The notes beneath the pieces were generated by a model, which saw only the letters and a list, made by a program, of their open reading frames with translations, ran no database searches and had not been told where the DNA came from. A stretch of 64,000 bases of DNA, from the NCBI RefSeq assembly GCF_004010195.1, contig NC_057735.1, forward strand, positions 11,224,441 to 11,288,440, written 5' to 3'. Below, in pieces: positions 23,066 through 36,204 of this stretch (positions are counted from its first letter, which is position 1; each line of letters begins with the position of its first letter). The position numbers were made by a program, and so were the translations under genes. Source of the DNA: Chiloscyllium plagiosum. Lineage: Eukaryota.

Positions 23066-25043
23066 AAATACTATACATGAATGCACGAAGCATTAGAAAT
23101 AAGATGTATGAGCTTGAGGCTCTTTTGGAAATTGGTAGATATGATATTGTGTGGATAACTGAGACGTGGCTTCAAGTGGACAGGGCCTGGGAAATGAATA
23201 TTCAAGGCTACACTTGCTATCGTAAGGACAGACTGACGGACAGAGGGGCTGGTGTTGGCCAGGTTGGTAAGGGATGATATTCAGTCCCTTGTGAGGGGGG
23301 ACCTAGAATCAGGGGATGTAGAGTCAGTGTGGATAGAGCTGAGAAATACGAAGGGTAAAAGACCCTCTTGGGAGTTATCTACAGGCCCCCAAACAGTAGT
23401 CTGGATGTCGGATATAAATTAAATCAGGAGCTGAAATTGGCCTGTTGCAAGGATATTACGACAGTTGTTATGGGGGATTTCAACATGCAGGTAGACTGGG
23501 AGAATCAGGATGGTATTGGACCTCAAGAAAGAGACTTTGAGGAGTGCCTCCGAGATGGATTTTTAGAACAGCTGGTGCTGGAGCCGACCAGGGAGAAGGC
23601 AATTCTGGATCTGGTATTGTGCAACAAACAGAATTTGTCAGGGACCTCGAAGTGAAGGAGCCATTGGGAAGTAGTGACCATAATACAATAAGCTTCAATC
23701 TGCAATTTGAGAGGGAGAGAGTACAATCGAAAGTGACAATATTTCTGTTGAACAAAGGGAACTATGGAGCTATGAGGGAGGAGCTGGCCAAAGTTCAATG
23801 GTGCAATACCTTAGCAGGGATGACAGTGGAGGAACAATGGCGGATATTTCCGTGTATAATGCAGAAGTTGCAGGATCAGTTCATTCCTAAAAGGAAGAAA
23901 GATCCTAGGAGGATGCATGGGTGGCCATGGCTGATGAGGGAAGTTAAGAAACATATAAAGTTAAAAGGGAAAAAGTACAACATAACAAAGATAAGTGGGA
24001 AAACGGAGGACTGGGAAGCTTTTAAAGAACAACAGAGGATTACTAAGAAGGAAATACACAGAGAAAAAAATGAGGTACGAAGGTAAACTGGCCAATAATA
24101 TAAAGGAGGATGGTAAAAGTTTTTTTAGGTATGAGAAAGGCAAAAAAATGGTTAAGATTAAAATTGGGCCCTTGAAGACAGAAACAGGGGAATATATTCC
24201 GGGGAACAAAGAAATGACAGAAGAATTGAATTGGCACTTCAGATCTGTGTTCACTGGGGAAGACACAAGCAATCTCCCTGAGGTAACAGTGGCTGAAGGA
24301 CCTGAACTTAAAGGAATTTATATTTGCCATCCCCGGGGCCTGATGGTCTACATCCCAGGGTACTGAAGGAGGTGGCTCGAGAAATCATGGATGCGTTGGT
24401 GATTATTTTCCAGAGTTCGATAGATTCGGGATCAGTTCCTGCGGATTGGAGGGTGGCTAATGTTGTACTACTTTTTAAGAAAGGTGGGAGAGAGAAAACA
24501 GGAAATTATCGACCAGTTAGTCTGACCTTAGTGGTGGGAAAGATGCTGGAGTCTATTATAAAGGATGAAATCACGACACATCTGGATAGTAGTAACAGGA
24601 TAGGTCAGAGTCAGCATGGATTTATGAAGGGGAAATCATGCATAACTAATCTTCTTGAATTTTTTGAGGATGTAACTCTGAAGATGGACGAGGGAGATCC
24701 AGTAGATGTAGTGTACCTGGACTTTAAGAAAGCTTTTGATGAAGTCCCACATAGGAGGTTAGTGAACAAAATAAGGGTGCATGGTATTGGGGGCAAAGTA
24801 CTAACTTGGATTGAAAGTTGGTTGGCTGATAGGAAACAAAGAGTAGTGATAAACGGCTCCATTTCGGAATGGCAGGCAGTGACCAGTGAGGTACCGCAGA
24901 GATCAGTACTGGGACCGCAGCTTTTTACAATATATGTTAATGATATAGAAGATGGTATTAGTAATAACATGAGCAAATTTGCTGATGATACTAAGCTGGG
25001 TGGCAGGGTGAAATGTGAGGAGGATATTAGGAGATTACAGGAT
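23066..25043 (+). mobile_element. CR1 LINE ORF2 (APE endonuclease plus RT), frameshifted, 3'-truncated
   Basis: NARSI, ITETW, GVIYRPP, MGDFN, ILDLVL, SDH, then RT motifs in ORF 24324..25076. Confidence 0.93.
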
Positions 25044-27003
25044 GCTGATACTGGATATGTCAGATCCCAGACATGAACTTAGTTGGATAGATCATAATTT
25101 TTGTTATTTTCAAAGTGATCTTTTACTAAAACCTAAACATGCAATGTTGCAATCTTTGTTTTAATAATAAAACAAACAAAAGTTCATGAACAGCAGAAAT
25201 GAAGATAAAGAAAAAAAAACTCTTTCCTTAATGCACAGATTAAAAAAGCATTAAAAACACATGAGAAATAATGCAGCACACCTTATAGATTAAACAGAAA
25301 TGCAGCTTCATACTGGATTCAGTTGACCCTGGTGTGCAAGACAGCTTATAAACATTGTCATAACTTTAAGAACATCGAGTGCTACAGTTCCAGCAACATC
25401 CAGTCCACTCATTTCCAAAGGAGAGAGCCTTTTCTTTTTTGATATTTCGATGGGCTTGATGTAGTTAAAATTTCAACATATTTACTGGAACTGTAGATAA
25501 CGCTTTCATATTATGATCCTGAATTAGCTTCATTCACCTGATGCAGATTCAATTTTCTTTTCTTAAGGAACTTCAGAATCCTAACTTCATTTTTTTCCCA
25601 CAGACTACATCCCTCTCTCCACTCTGGGATTAATAATAACTTCTTTTTCTACAATTTCATTATTGTAATTTCATTTTCTTAGCAATGCAAATTAGCACGT
25701 CACTGCATGGAAAGATTTCCTAGCACTTCGGTGCTTCATACAAATTTCCTTATACAGTTGTAGAGTCATGGAAGCAGACCTTTTGATCCGACAAACCTCT
25801 TAGCACTGACTGAAAATGAAAGTCAGATTCTGGAATGATCTTGTCTAAGCCCAACGGATAGTTCCCTAGGAACCCTGGGTAACTTACTCTCAGTTGGAAT
25901 TGTTTTGGAGGTGTTGGTATTGGACTGGGGTAAAGAAGATCAAAAATTAGATGACGCCAGGTATAGTCCAAAACGTCTTCAAATAAACCTGTTGGACTAT
26001 AACCTGGTGTCATCTGGTTTTTGACCTTGTTCCCTTGGAATTATAGACATTGTAATTTTTATAAGCTAATTTTTAACTCCACACAGACAACCCATGCCGT
26101 TGAACCAGTCTGCCAGTATTTGCCCGTCTCCATGGCTATCTCAAAACTGCTTCAGAAGGCATCGGGCTGATTTAGTCAGACACTTCTGAGAGTGAAAACA
26201 ATTCATAAAGTTGCTATTATCTTTCCATGGCAATAGGAATGCTCAGTCATGTGACTTCCCCCACAAGCCTTCCACCTCCATGACAAGAATCCACTGGAAA
26301 GGCAATATTTTCTCAAGTTGTGATTGAAGATTGTTTTGCCCAATTGTTTTAAATAAGCTTCAGTATTAACCTTTTTTAACTGGCGACTAAGCTGCAACTG
26401 TTCTCACCACTGGGAACTCTGCTGCCAAGAGGACTGAATCAAGAATCCATCTCGACACAGTTCCTTGGCAATTTACCACCATCTCCATCCCACTACCTGG
26501 AGACTGGTAAAATTTCACCAGTTAATTTTCACTCCATTTAAAGAGATTTTAAAATGATACAAGATGATATAATAATGGAGAATACATGATCAATCATGTC
26601 TCTTAGCACAAGAACTGTTAATATATTTCCCTCTTTTAAAATTGCTATTATCTTACCAGACAATAGGGCTGCTTTCTCCTTAGAGAGGCGGAAGTTGAGA
26701 GTGAGAGTTCACTGGTGGTGGTTTATGCAAAAGTGAGGACTGTAGATACTGGAGCTCAGAGTCAAGATTGAAGTGGTGCTGGAAAAGCACAGCAGGTCAG
26801 GCAGCATCCAAGGAGCAGGAAAATCAACATTGCGGGTAGGAGCCCTTCATCAGGAATCATGAGGGTCAACACACGTCAGACAAGGGGTGAGATTGATAGT
26901 GCCTTATTGCAACCTCAGCAGGTGTGGGAATTGAACTCATGCTGTTGGCATTGCACTACATCAGAGATCATCCTGTCAGCAACTGACCTACAAAATGCTA
27001 TAT

Positions 27004-27319
27004 TAGATTAGATTAGATTACATTACAGTATGGAAACAGGCCCTTCGGCCCAACAAGTCCACACCGACCCGCCGAAGCGCAACCCACCCATACCCCTACA
27101 TTTACCCCTATACCTAACACTACGGGCAATTTAGCATGGCCAATTCACCTGACCTGCACATCTTTGGACTGTGGGAGGAAACCGGAGCACCCGGAGGAAA
27201 CCCACGCAGACACGGGGAGAACGTGCAAACTCCACACAGTCAGTCGCCTGAGTCGGGAATTGAACCCGGGTCTCTGGCGCTGCGAGGCAGCAGTGCTAAC
27301 CACTGTGCCACCGTGCCGC
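27004..27319 (-). mobile_element. HE1-like V-SINE
   Basis: tRNA-derived head with A/B boxes, V-domain core tgtgtggagtttgcacgttctccccgtgtctgcgtgggtttcctccggg, and (taatc)n tail, all on the minus strand. Confidence 0.92.
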
Positions 27320-27878
27320 ACGTAATATATCTTCTCTTGAACATATTATAATTCCATGCGACATAGTTCTCAAGTATTTTAGAGTGGCATTATTAACTAT
27401 GAATGAAATTTAAAAAGGACCAAAAAATATTTCTTTAATGTGAAAAAAGCTGCATAATCATTTTAATTTGCCCAAAGTTTTACATGTTCAGTACATACTG
27501 AAAACTGGAGTAGTAACAAATTCTCAAAAAACACCATCTTGAATTTGCTTTTATTTCATTTCTTTTTGAAGTGCAGTTCATTAAATATTGTTTTGTGAGG
27601 CTCAGTCACAAAAGTAGGTGGTTGGTTTATATTACTCTTCACAGAAAAAAACCTTCTTCCTTCCAGTCTAACATGAATCAAGTTGCTTAATCTCTTTCAT
27701 TCCCTTTGATTTACACATTACAATGTAACACTGCAATAAACTTATTGTTCATCATTACAATCTCTTCATTTAGGATCAAGAAACTTTGAAACACTTAGAT
27801 TAAAATTCCCATTATCTCTTGGCTACAACTTGGTGAATTCAGTTCCATGAAATGTTCCTGCAAGATGTTTTTTGCTTT

Positions 27879-28454
27879 CGCTATGGAAAATAAAGAGCAT
27901 AAAGGCATGTGAAGGATTAAACATGAGGACTGGTGGAATGTTACAAGGATCTGTGGAATACTCCATCAATCAGGTATAGAACAATGGCAGTATCATTATG
28001 TTAGTTCGGCAGTATAATTAGGTTAGGTACCAACTGCAGCATAATCAGGTTAATAAAAGCACATGACATACAAGTAAATGTTCGCATGATGTAATAGGGT
28101 CAACCTAGGGCTGAAGACCATTGTAGCAGATGTAATAGTAAATATCTAATCACAATATAGTAAAGTTAAGAATAAGCTTGAAGTAGAAAAAAACCATAGT
28201 GGCAGAAGTAGAGACATAACATGAACGAACATCATTGGTTTGTTGCATAACTGCAGAAAGATAGCCCTGACCAACACAATTGGACATGCTGATAAACTCG
28301 AAGAAAGCATGATAACTAAAAGGTGTAAAAAATAACAGACCCTGAGGTGCGGTGCAATCATGAATTCACTTTCTGGTTGTCACGGCTTTTGTTTGCAAAT
28401 AAAAGATCATCTGCTTGAAGAACTCACCACGTCTCCTGGTAATCCTCCATGGCA
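27879..28454 (+). mobile_element. Insertion of about 575 bp, solo-LTR-like, specific to pseudogene B intron
   Basis: Absent at the homologous sites in genes A (about 4240) and C (about 42010). Imperfect terminal inverted ends cgctatgga…tccatggca and an internal AATAAA at about 28398. No clear TSD. Confidence 0.4.
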
Positions 28455-29499
28455 TCACCCACCAATTTCATGCAGAATACCTCATGGACAGAAACCTGAA
28501 TTGTGCATCTCTCTGTTTGGCAATCCCCTTTCTTTTTAAGGCTTCCTTCTTCCAATTAGGTCTCTTTTTCCTCCCCTTCATCACATTTAAACGTTCATGT
28601 ATCTTGCTCCCCTTCCCCTTTCCCCCTTTCCGCTTACATTTAAAATTCTTACTGGCATTCTACTAAAGAATCCCTCCCTCTACAAACAGTTATTCTCCAC
28701 ACAAGACTATTGATCTGAAAGTTATTAAAGTCGATCCAGTCATCAACAGGCTGCTCCTCTTCCACATCGGGACACAACGTGGCAGCAATTTAAACATTTT
28801 GTCATGAAGCATCTCATCCGGAAAAATCTGTAAATTATTTCTGTTATTTTACTATCCATACACTGACAACAATGTGTGATTACAAATAATCTTACCTTTA
28901 CTGCCCTCAAGGTCCTGCACATTGATCTCTCTCTCCCCTCATGAACCATCCTTTGCTGAACTTCAATTCTCTTCCTTTCCCACTTGAGGTCTCTCATCAT
29001 CTTGCCTGGGTCATCTGTTGTATCTGCCCCTTTAGCCCTGAAAATGCAGTCCCTGAGCCCACTATGAGTCCACATACTCCCCTCTCCTTCCTGGATGAAT
29101 CCCTCCTTCTCCGTTCGGAGTAAGGACCCTTCAGCACCTGTACCCTCCTTCACACTGATACCCAGCTGACTCCAATCCAGGCCTGTCACTCAGGCTGCTC
29201 TCTGGGGGTGGGGCGGGGGGAGGCAACATTTCGATGATGTCACACACGGTGGAGTTAGAGCCCACTGCGGGCAGCACAAACCCAATTTCAAGATTGTCCC
29301 AAAGCTTGACCAGTGGGGTAAGAAAATATCCCGACTGTTTCGATCATTCCCTGGGAATTTGGAACACCCTGAGGCTCTGATAAGGGTTTATATTAATGAT
29401 TACCTTCATCACATACCAGATGGAATGCAGCTGATTAAAATGAATCTGTGTATATTAAACATTTCTTTCCAGTCAAATTTCTGAAATATTTCTCTTCAG

Positions 29500-29816
29500 T
29501 GTCAGGTGCTTTTGGACAAAGAAGCACATAACAGGAATTTTGGGAAGAGTGATCATAATATACTGTCTCTACGAAGCACGGTGGTACCAATCAAACAGGA
29601 AATATTGGTATCACAGATGAAGTTGTCAGTGTAAGGTTATAGCAACGACAAATTGGCCAAATGAGAGTAGAACATCAGTCATTGATGACAAAACACAAGG
29701 AACATTTCTTGTCACAGTGATGAATCTTCAATGGGGAGGTGCAGGATGGTGTGGGATTGGGATTCCTGGCATTTACCATGATCTCGTGTCTAATGTAAAT
29801 CTGCACATGTCTGAAG
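29500..29816 (+). pseudogene. Pseudogene B V-domain exon (disrupted)
   Basis: Aligns to 5386-5706 and 43067-43375; frameshift near 29512; in-frame TGA; donor G|GTAAAT retained. Confidence 0.9.
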
Positions 29817-29954
29817 GTAAATGTCTCAGTGATTTTCTTAAATTACTCTTTACTGATATGTCTGATCAGTGTTTAATCCAGGATGAAAGGGGGTGACAAA
29901 GCGTTGGAAGATATTTGATTATTCAATCTCTCAATAATTGTTTATTTACAACAG

Positions 29955-30124
29955 AAGCCATCCCTGTTCCTGGGCTTCGATTTTTATCCAAACCAAATGT
30001 CTCATGTTCTGGAGGTTCAGTGACAATCTCCTGTGATTCTGCCCGGGGATCTCTCCCCATTCACTACACATGGTCTGAGAAGATGCCATCTCAAGATTCA
30101 ATGATCTCTTACACCAATAAACTG
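29955..30124 (+). pseudogene. Pseudogene B C2 exon, 5' half only
   Basis: EAIPVPGLRFLSKPNVSCSGGSVTISCDSARGSLPIHYTW…YTNKL, then an abrupt jump into intronic sequence matching 45016 onward. Confidence 0.9.
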
Positions 30125-31677
30125 TTTGTGTGTTGCAGAAACTATTCAGTTAAAACACACCTAACTCATGTTGCCTGTGTACGTCATGGAGATGGGGAGC
30201 CTCATCTGTCTGTCTCATGGATCCGTATCATTCAGTTGATGGAAAATCACTGGAAGGATGGAAGTGACGACTACCAATATCAGCAAGTGATAGCTCCATG
30301 TGAAACCCATGGTTTTAAACAATTGGGATATCAGGGTGTAGTTACCAGCCCAAACCCTTTAACAAACCCAGATGGAACACACCAACTCACAGATTCAGGG
30401 AAAAAGTGAACAAGATCATCTTTGTGTGGAACTACAAGAGATAAGAGGGATACAAAACAAATATTTGGCGCGAGTCTTTGCTTTGGTGAAAGACATAGAG
30501 CTACAAATCTTCTCAAAACTCGCAAAGACATAGCGGCTAGGGAACTCAGGGAAATAAAAATGATGTCATGAAAATAGTCCACATTACACAAGAGGAAGTG
30601 CTGGAGGTCTTAAAAAACACAAAGGTAGATAAATCACTGGGATCTGATCAAGTGCATCCCGGGACATTGTGGGAAGTTGGGAACGGAATTTGGGGAGCCC
30701 CAAGCAGAGATATTTGTATCATCCACAACTACAGGTGAGGTCCCAAAGGACTGGAGGGTGGCTAATGTTGTGCCTTTATGTAAGAAAAAGCCCAGGAATT
30801 GTAGAGCTGCGAGTCTGACATTTGTGCTGGTTAGGTTGTTGGAGGGGATTTTGAGTGACATTCATGTCACAGTACAGGTGACCCCACTGCACTATATGCT
30901 CTCTCTCTCTCTCTCACACACACTCCTACAAACTACCACACTCACGTTACCCTCTCTCATACACAAGCTCTCTCTCATATGCTCACACATATACAGCCCC
31001 CACACTCACACCAAATCACACAGACCATCTCACAGACTGAGAGCCCATTACACTCACATGCATTCACACACTCTTTCATATGTACTCACACCTATCCCAC
31101 ACACATTCACTCAGTCTCCCTTGCACACATACCTATGTTTCTGGGGTGCATTTGTACTTGCAGTATTACATTTTAATTTGCATAAATTCATGTAAGATTC
31201 TGTAAATCCCACTTTAGAAATAGAATCAGTCTGACCAAACATTGGGACACAGACTTTAACTTCACACCTTAAATGCATTATCTGAGCTGAGGTGAGTTAT
31301 TTGGGTGGAACTGAGAAATAAGAAAGGGATGATCATCTTATTGGGATTGTACTATAGAACCCCTAGTAGTCAGAGGGAAATTGAGAAACAAACTTGTAAT
31401 GATCTCAGCTATCTGTAAGAATAATAGGGTAGTTATGGTAGGGGATTTTAACTTTCCAAACATCAACTGGGACTGCCATAGTGTTAAAGGTTTAGATGGA
31501 AAGGAATTTGTGAAGTGCGTACAAGACAGTTTTCTGATTCAGTATGTGGGTGTACCTACGAGAGAAGGTGCAAAACTTGACATACTCTTGGGAAATAAGG
31601 CAGGGCAGGTGACTGAGGTGTCAGTGGGGCAGCACTTTGGGGCCAGCGACCATAATTCTATTTATTTTAAAATAGAT

Positions 31678-31976
31678 GTAGATTAGATTACTTACAGTGT
31701 GGAAACAGGCCCTTCGGCACAACAGGTCCACACCGAACCTCCAAAGAGAAACCCACCCCCCTCTAATCCACCTAACACTACGGGCAATTTTGCACGGCCA
31801 AATCTCCTAACCTGCACATCTTTGGACTGTGGGAGGAAACCGGAGCACGCGAAATAAACCCACGCAGACACGGGGAGAACGTGCAAACTCCACACAGACA
31901 GTGTGAGGTGGGAATTGAACCTGGGTCCCTAGTGCTATGAAGCAGCAGTGCTAACCACTGAGCCACCGTGCCACCC
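31678..31976 (-). mobile_element. HE1-like V-SINE nested in CR1
   Basis: Same head, core and tail as 27004-27319. Confidence 0.88.
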
Positions 31977-32857
31977 TAGTGATGGAAAAGGATAGACCAG
32001 ATCTAAAAGTTGAAGTTCTAAATTGGAGAAAGGCCAATTTTGACGTTATTAGGCAAGAACTTTTGAAAGCGTTTGGAGGCAGATGTTCGCAGGTAAAGGG
32101 ACGGCTGTAAAATGGGAAGCCTTCAGAAATGAGATAACAAGAATCCAGAGAAAGTATATTCCTGTCAGGATGAAAGGGAAGGCTGGTAGGTATAGGGAAT
32201 GCTGGATGACTAAAGAAATTGAGGGTTTGGTTAAGAAAAAGAAGGAAGCATATGTCAGGTAGAGACAGGATAGATCGAGTGAATCCTTAGAAGAGTATAA
32301 AGAAAGAAAGAGTACACTTAAGAGGGAAATCAGGAGGGCAAAACGGGGACATGAGATAGCTTTGGCAAATAGAATTAAGGAGAATCCAAAGGGACTTTAC
32401 AAATATATTAAGGACAAAAGGATAACTAGGGAGAAAATAGGGCCCCTCAAAGATCAGCAAGGCGGCCTTTGTGTGGAGCCACAAAAAATAGGGGAGATAC
32501 TAAATGAATATTTTGCATCAGTATTTACTGTGGAAAAGCATATGGAAGATGTAGAAAGTAGGGAAATAGATGGTGACATCTTGCAAAATGTCCAGATTAC
32601 AGAGGAGGAAGTGTTGGATGTCTTGAAACGGTTAAAGGTGAACAAATCCCCAGGACCTGATCAGGTGTACCCAAGAACTCTGTGGGAAGCTAGAGAAGTG
32701 ATTGCTGGGCCTCTTGCTAAGATATTTGTATCATTGATAGTCACAGGTGAGGTGCCGGAAGACTGGAGGTTGGCAAAGGTGGTGCCACTGTTTAAGAAGG
32801 GTGGTAAAGACAAGCCAGGGAACTATAGACCGGTGAGCCTGACCTCAGTGGTGGGCA

Positions 32858-33177
32858 GGAGAAAGTGAGGTCTGCAGATGCTGGAGATCAAAGTTGAAAC
32901 TTTATTGCTGGAACAGCACAGCAGGTCAGGCAGCATCCAGGGAACAGGAGATTCGACGTTTCGGGCACAGGCCCTTCTTCAGGAATGTTCGCAGTAGGTT
33001 GAAATCTTCGAGGAGAAAGTGAGGTCTGCAGATGCTGGAGATCAAAGTTGAAACTTTATTGCTGGAACAGCACAGCAGGTCAGGCAGCAAGAAGAAGGGC
33101 CTGTGCCCGAAACGTCGAATCTCCTGTTCCCTGGATGCTGCCTGACCTGCTGTGCTGTTCCAGCAATAAAGTTTCAA
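32858..33177. mobile_element. Young Penelope-derived element (family B): two direct arms plus one inverted arm
   Basis: 14-bp TSD ctcagtggtgggca (32844-32857 and 33178-33191); arms are essentially identical to one another. Confidence 0.88.
32951..32986 (-). ncRNA. Minimal type-I hammerhead ribozyme (family B), complete
   Basis: Minus strand: AUUC-CUGAAGA-A-GGGC-CUGU-GCCC-GAAA-CGUC^-GAAU. Stem I 4 bp, stem II 4 bp, palindromic ACGU stem III, GUC cleavage triplet. Confidence 0.75.
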
Positions 33178-34387
33178 CTCAGTGGTGGGCAAGTTGTTGG
33201 AGGGAATCCTGAGGGACAGGATGTACATGTATTTGGAAAGGCAAGGACAGATTCAGGATAATCAACATGGCTTTGTGCTTGGGAAATCATGTCTCACATA
33301 TTTGATTGAGTCTTTTGAAGAAGTAACAAAGAAGATTTATGAAGGCAGAGCAGTAGATGTGATCTATATGGACTTCAGTAAGGCGTTCGACAAGGTTCCC
33401 CATGGGAGATTGGTGAGCAAGGTTAGATCTCATAGAACACAGGGAGAACTAGCCAATTTGATACAGAACTGGATCAAAGGTAGAAGACAGAGGGTGGTGG
33501 TGGAGGGTTGTTTTTCAGACTGGAGGCCTGTGACTAGTGGAGTGCCACAAGGATCGATGCTGGGCCCTCTACTTTTTGTCATTTTCATAAATGATTTGGA
33601 TGCGAGCATAAGAGGTACAGTTAGTAAGTTTGCAGATGACACCAAAATTGGAGGTGTAGGGGACAGCGAAGAGGGTTACCTCAGATTACAACAGCATCTT
33701 GACCAGATGGGCCAATGGGCTGAGGATTGGCAGATGGAGTTTAATTCAGATAAATGCGTGGTGCTTCATTATGGGAAAGCAAATCTTAGCAGGACTTATA
33801 CACTTAATGGTAAGGTCCTAGGGAGTGTTGCTGAACAAAGAGACCTCAGAGTGCAGGTTCATAGCTCCTTGAAAGTAGAGTCGCAGGTAGATAGGATAGT
33901 GAAGAAGGTGTTTGGTATGCCTTCCTTTATTGGTCAGAGTATTGAGAACAGGAGTTAGGAGGTCATGTTGCTGCTGTACAGGACATTGGTTAGGCCACTG
34001 TTGAAATATTGCATGCAATTCTGGTCTCCTTCCTATCGGGAAGATGTTGTGAAACCTGAAAGGGTTCGTAAAAGAATTTATAAGGACTTTGCCAGGGTTG
34101 GAGGATCTGAGCTATAGGGAGAGGCTAAACAGGTGGGGGCTGTTTTCCCTGGAGCGTCGGAGGCTGAGGGGTGACCTTATAGAAGTTTACAAAATTATGA
34201 GGGGCATGGATAGAATAAATAGACAAAGTCTTTTCCCTGGGGTCGGGGAGTCCAGAACTAGAGGGCATAGGTTTAGGGTGAGAGGGGAAAGATATAAAAG
34301 AGACCTAAGGGGCAAGTTTTTCACGCGGCATGGACGGGTTGGACCGAAGGGTCTGTTTCCACGCTGTACATCTCTATGACTCTATGG

Positions 34388-34695
34388 CACCTATTGTTAA
34401 AATCAAATTTGAGAATGTAACTTTTTAAAAGTTCTATAATTTACATATAAAGGAATCAAAACTAACTTGGTCATTCGAAATGATGAAAGATTTAAACTAA
34501 ATTTGTTTAATATTACGTTCCATGACACTGCAATCTTGTTGCTATAAATTCTGTGTCTTATAATTGTGCTCCACAACCACCTGATGAAGGAGCAGTGCTT
34601 CGAAAGTTAGTGCTTCCAAATAAACCTGTTGGACTATAACTTGGTGTTGTGTGATTTTTAACTTTGTCCACCCCAGCCCAACACCAGCACCTCCC
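34388..34695. mobile_element. Family A Penelope-like terminal repeat fragment
   Basis: Matches 63125-63440. Confidence 0.75.
34578..34612 (+). ncRNA. Minimal hammerhead ribozyme motif (family A)
   Basis: CAC-CUGAUGA-A-GGAGC-AGU-GCUUC-GAAA-GUUA^-GUG. Confidence 0.6.
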
Positions 34696-35091
34696 CATCA
34701 AGGATATTACAGGACAGCACAGGGGCTGCTGGATCCCCCAGGAATACATTGTCCAGCAGGGGACAGTGACCAGCTCAGTGTCTGGAACATTCCTTTACAT
34801 TTGACAAGGATGAGAAAGGGGATCTCAGGAATATAGTCCCACCAACCTCAGCCTTTCAAATGCTTTAATAAGGATACAGGAGCATCAATGTCCAGGCGAG
34901 GATCCAAACACAAATTATGTTCAAGCTAGGTCACTACCACATCTCTCCAGACAGGGGGAGTTAGAGAGCAATGAATTCAACAAAATCCATTGTTCACAAC
35001 AAGCCGTGAGGTTCCATTGGTGAGGAGAGCTCTCTTGGTTGTCTGGAAGTGAGACCCAGATGAAACTGAATATTTTTTGATGTCTCAATAG

Positions 35092-35160
35092 GAAGTGAAT
35101 ATACTTGTGCAGTCTCTTCAACAATGTCACCAACAACAAGATCATCTTCAGACCCAAGTC
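35092..35160 (+). pseudogene. Pseudogene B stalk exon (3' end uncertain)
   Basis: tctcaatag|GA AGT GAA TAT ACT TGT GCA GTC TCT TCA ACA… = SEYTCAVSSTMSPTTRSSSDP, homologous to EQYTCAVSSTTSP. No strong donor seen. Confidence 0.7.
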
Positions 35161-36204
35161 TGTCTGTGAAAGATAGAACAATTTCATTGTCAAGATTTCA
35201 TTGATTCCAAATGAGAATCAGTGATTTAGCATAAAGGCTTACATTAATTTTCAATTTCAGAAGATAATTTATCAGAATGGAAATGAAGCTGATATTATAT
35301 AGTGCTATTCTGTTCCCTTCCTTATAATGGTGCTATTTATGTGATTGGAAATTCATAACAGGAAGTTCTGTACCAATTTTCTGTTTGAACTCGCCCAGAT
35401 TTTGGTGCTGTTTTCAGCATTAAAATTCAATGCTAAATTATTTATCTCAGCTCACGGTGTCTATTACAGACCAGCAATGAGAGCTTTTTTTAAGCCGGGG
35501 TGTTCTGGAGTATCACTGACAGGGACATTACACTCTCTGTTGGCTTCTGCTCTTCCATCCTCTTCTTATACATTATTCCCAAACTGAGAGGGTGGGAAGC
35601 TATTTGGTTCCAGCTGGATAAGACTGGCCTGTTAGCAGGTGCAAGGATCAGTGTGGGATGATGATATTCTGAGTTCCTCACTCACTGAAGAGACATCTCA
35701 CCCACTGGAATATCACACCAGACTGCAGTGCCACTTGTAAATGTCCAACCATTTAACCTTATAATCCACACGTATGACATTGGGCTGACCATTCCAGGAC
35801 ATGTTACTGCAACTTGTTTCATTTGACCTTTATCTGTTGTTCATTTCTGTGGCTGTAAGGTACATTTAGACCAGAGGCTGTTCTGAACATCTGTTGATTT
35901 GTCAGGACTGCAATAGCCACACCTTGTCTACCAGTGACAGGAGCTAACATAAAGACTGCCTCATCAGGTTTAAATACCATGACAGGATATACTACAGCAC
36001 TGAAACTTGTTTCTTTTGACTGCTGTATCTGCTGTACATGTTGGTAATAAATTAAACTGTAATTTAAGTTTCCCACATAATTCCCTGAGCTGTGCTGCTT
36101 TATTTTGCTACAATGCCCTGCAGTGTAAACAGGGGATAAATGTTTGAAACATCAAGCAGTCTTGTTTACTTCAAATTATTTTGTATTTCTTCTGTTTTAC
36201 ACAG

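Larger units (their letters stand above)
31295..34385 (+). mobile_element. CR1 LINE ORF2 near full length plus 3' tail, with nested SINE and fold-back element
   Basis: ORFs 31381..31686 (endonuclease), 32362..32868, 33182..33958 and 34089..34379 (RT and C-terminus). Confidence 0.93.

Noticed and set aside
30870-31290. His/Thr-rich ORF tail (30677..31195)
   Set aside because: Translation of a CA/CT-rich low-complexity repeat segment appended to a CR1 fragment.
35906-36010. Possible second Ser/Thr-rich stalk exon of pseudogene B (TAIATPCLPVTGANIKTASSGLNTMTGYTT)
   Set aside because: The acceptor is plausible but there is no convincing donor or phase match. Cannot be supported without an intact homologue.
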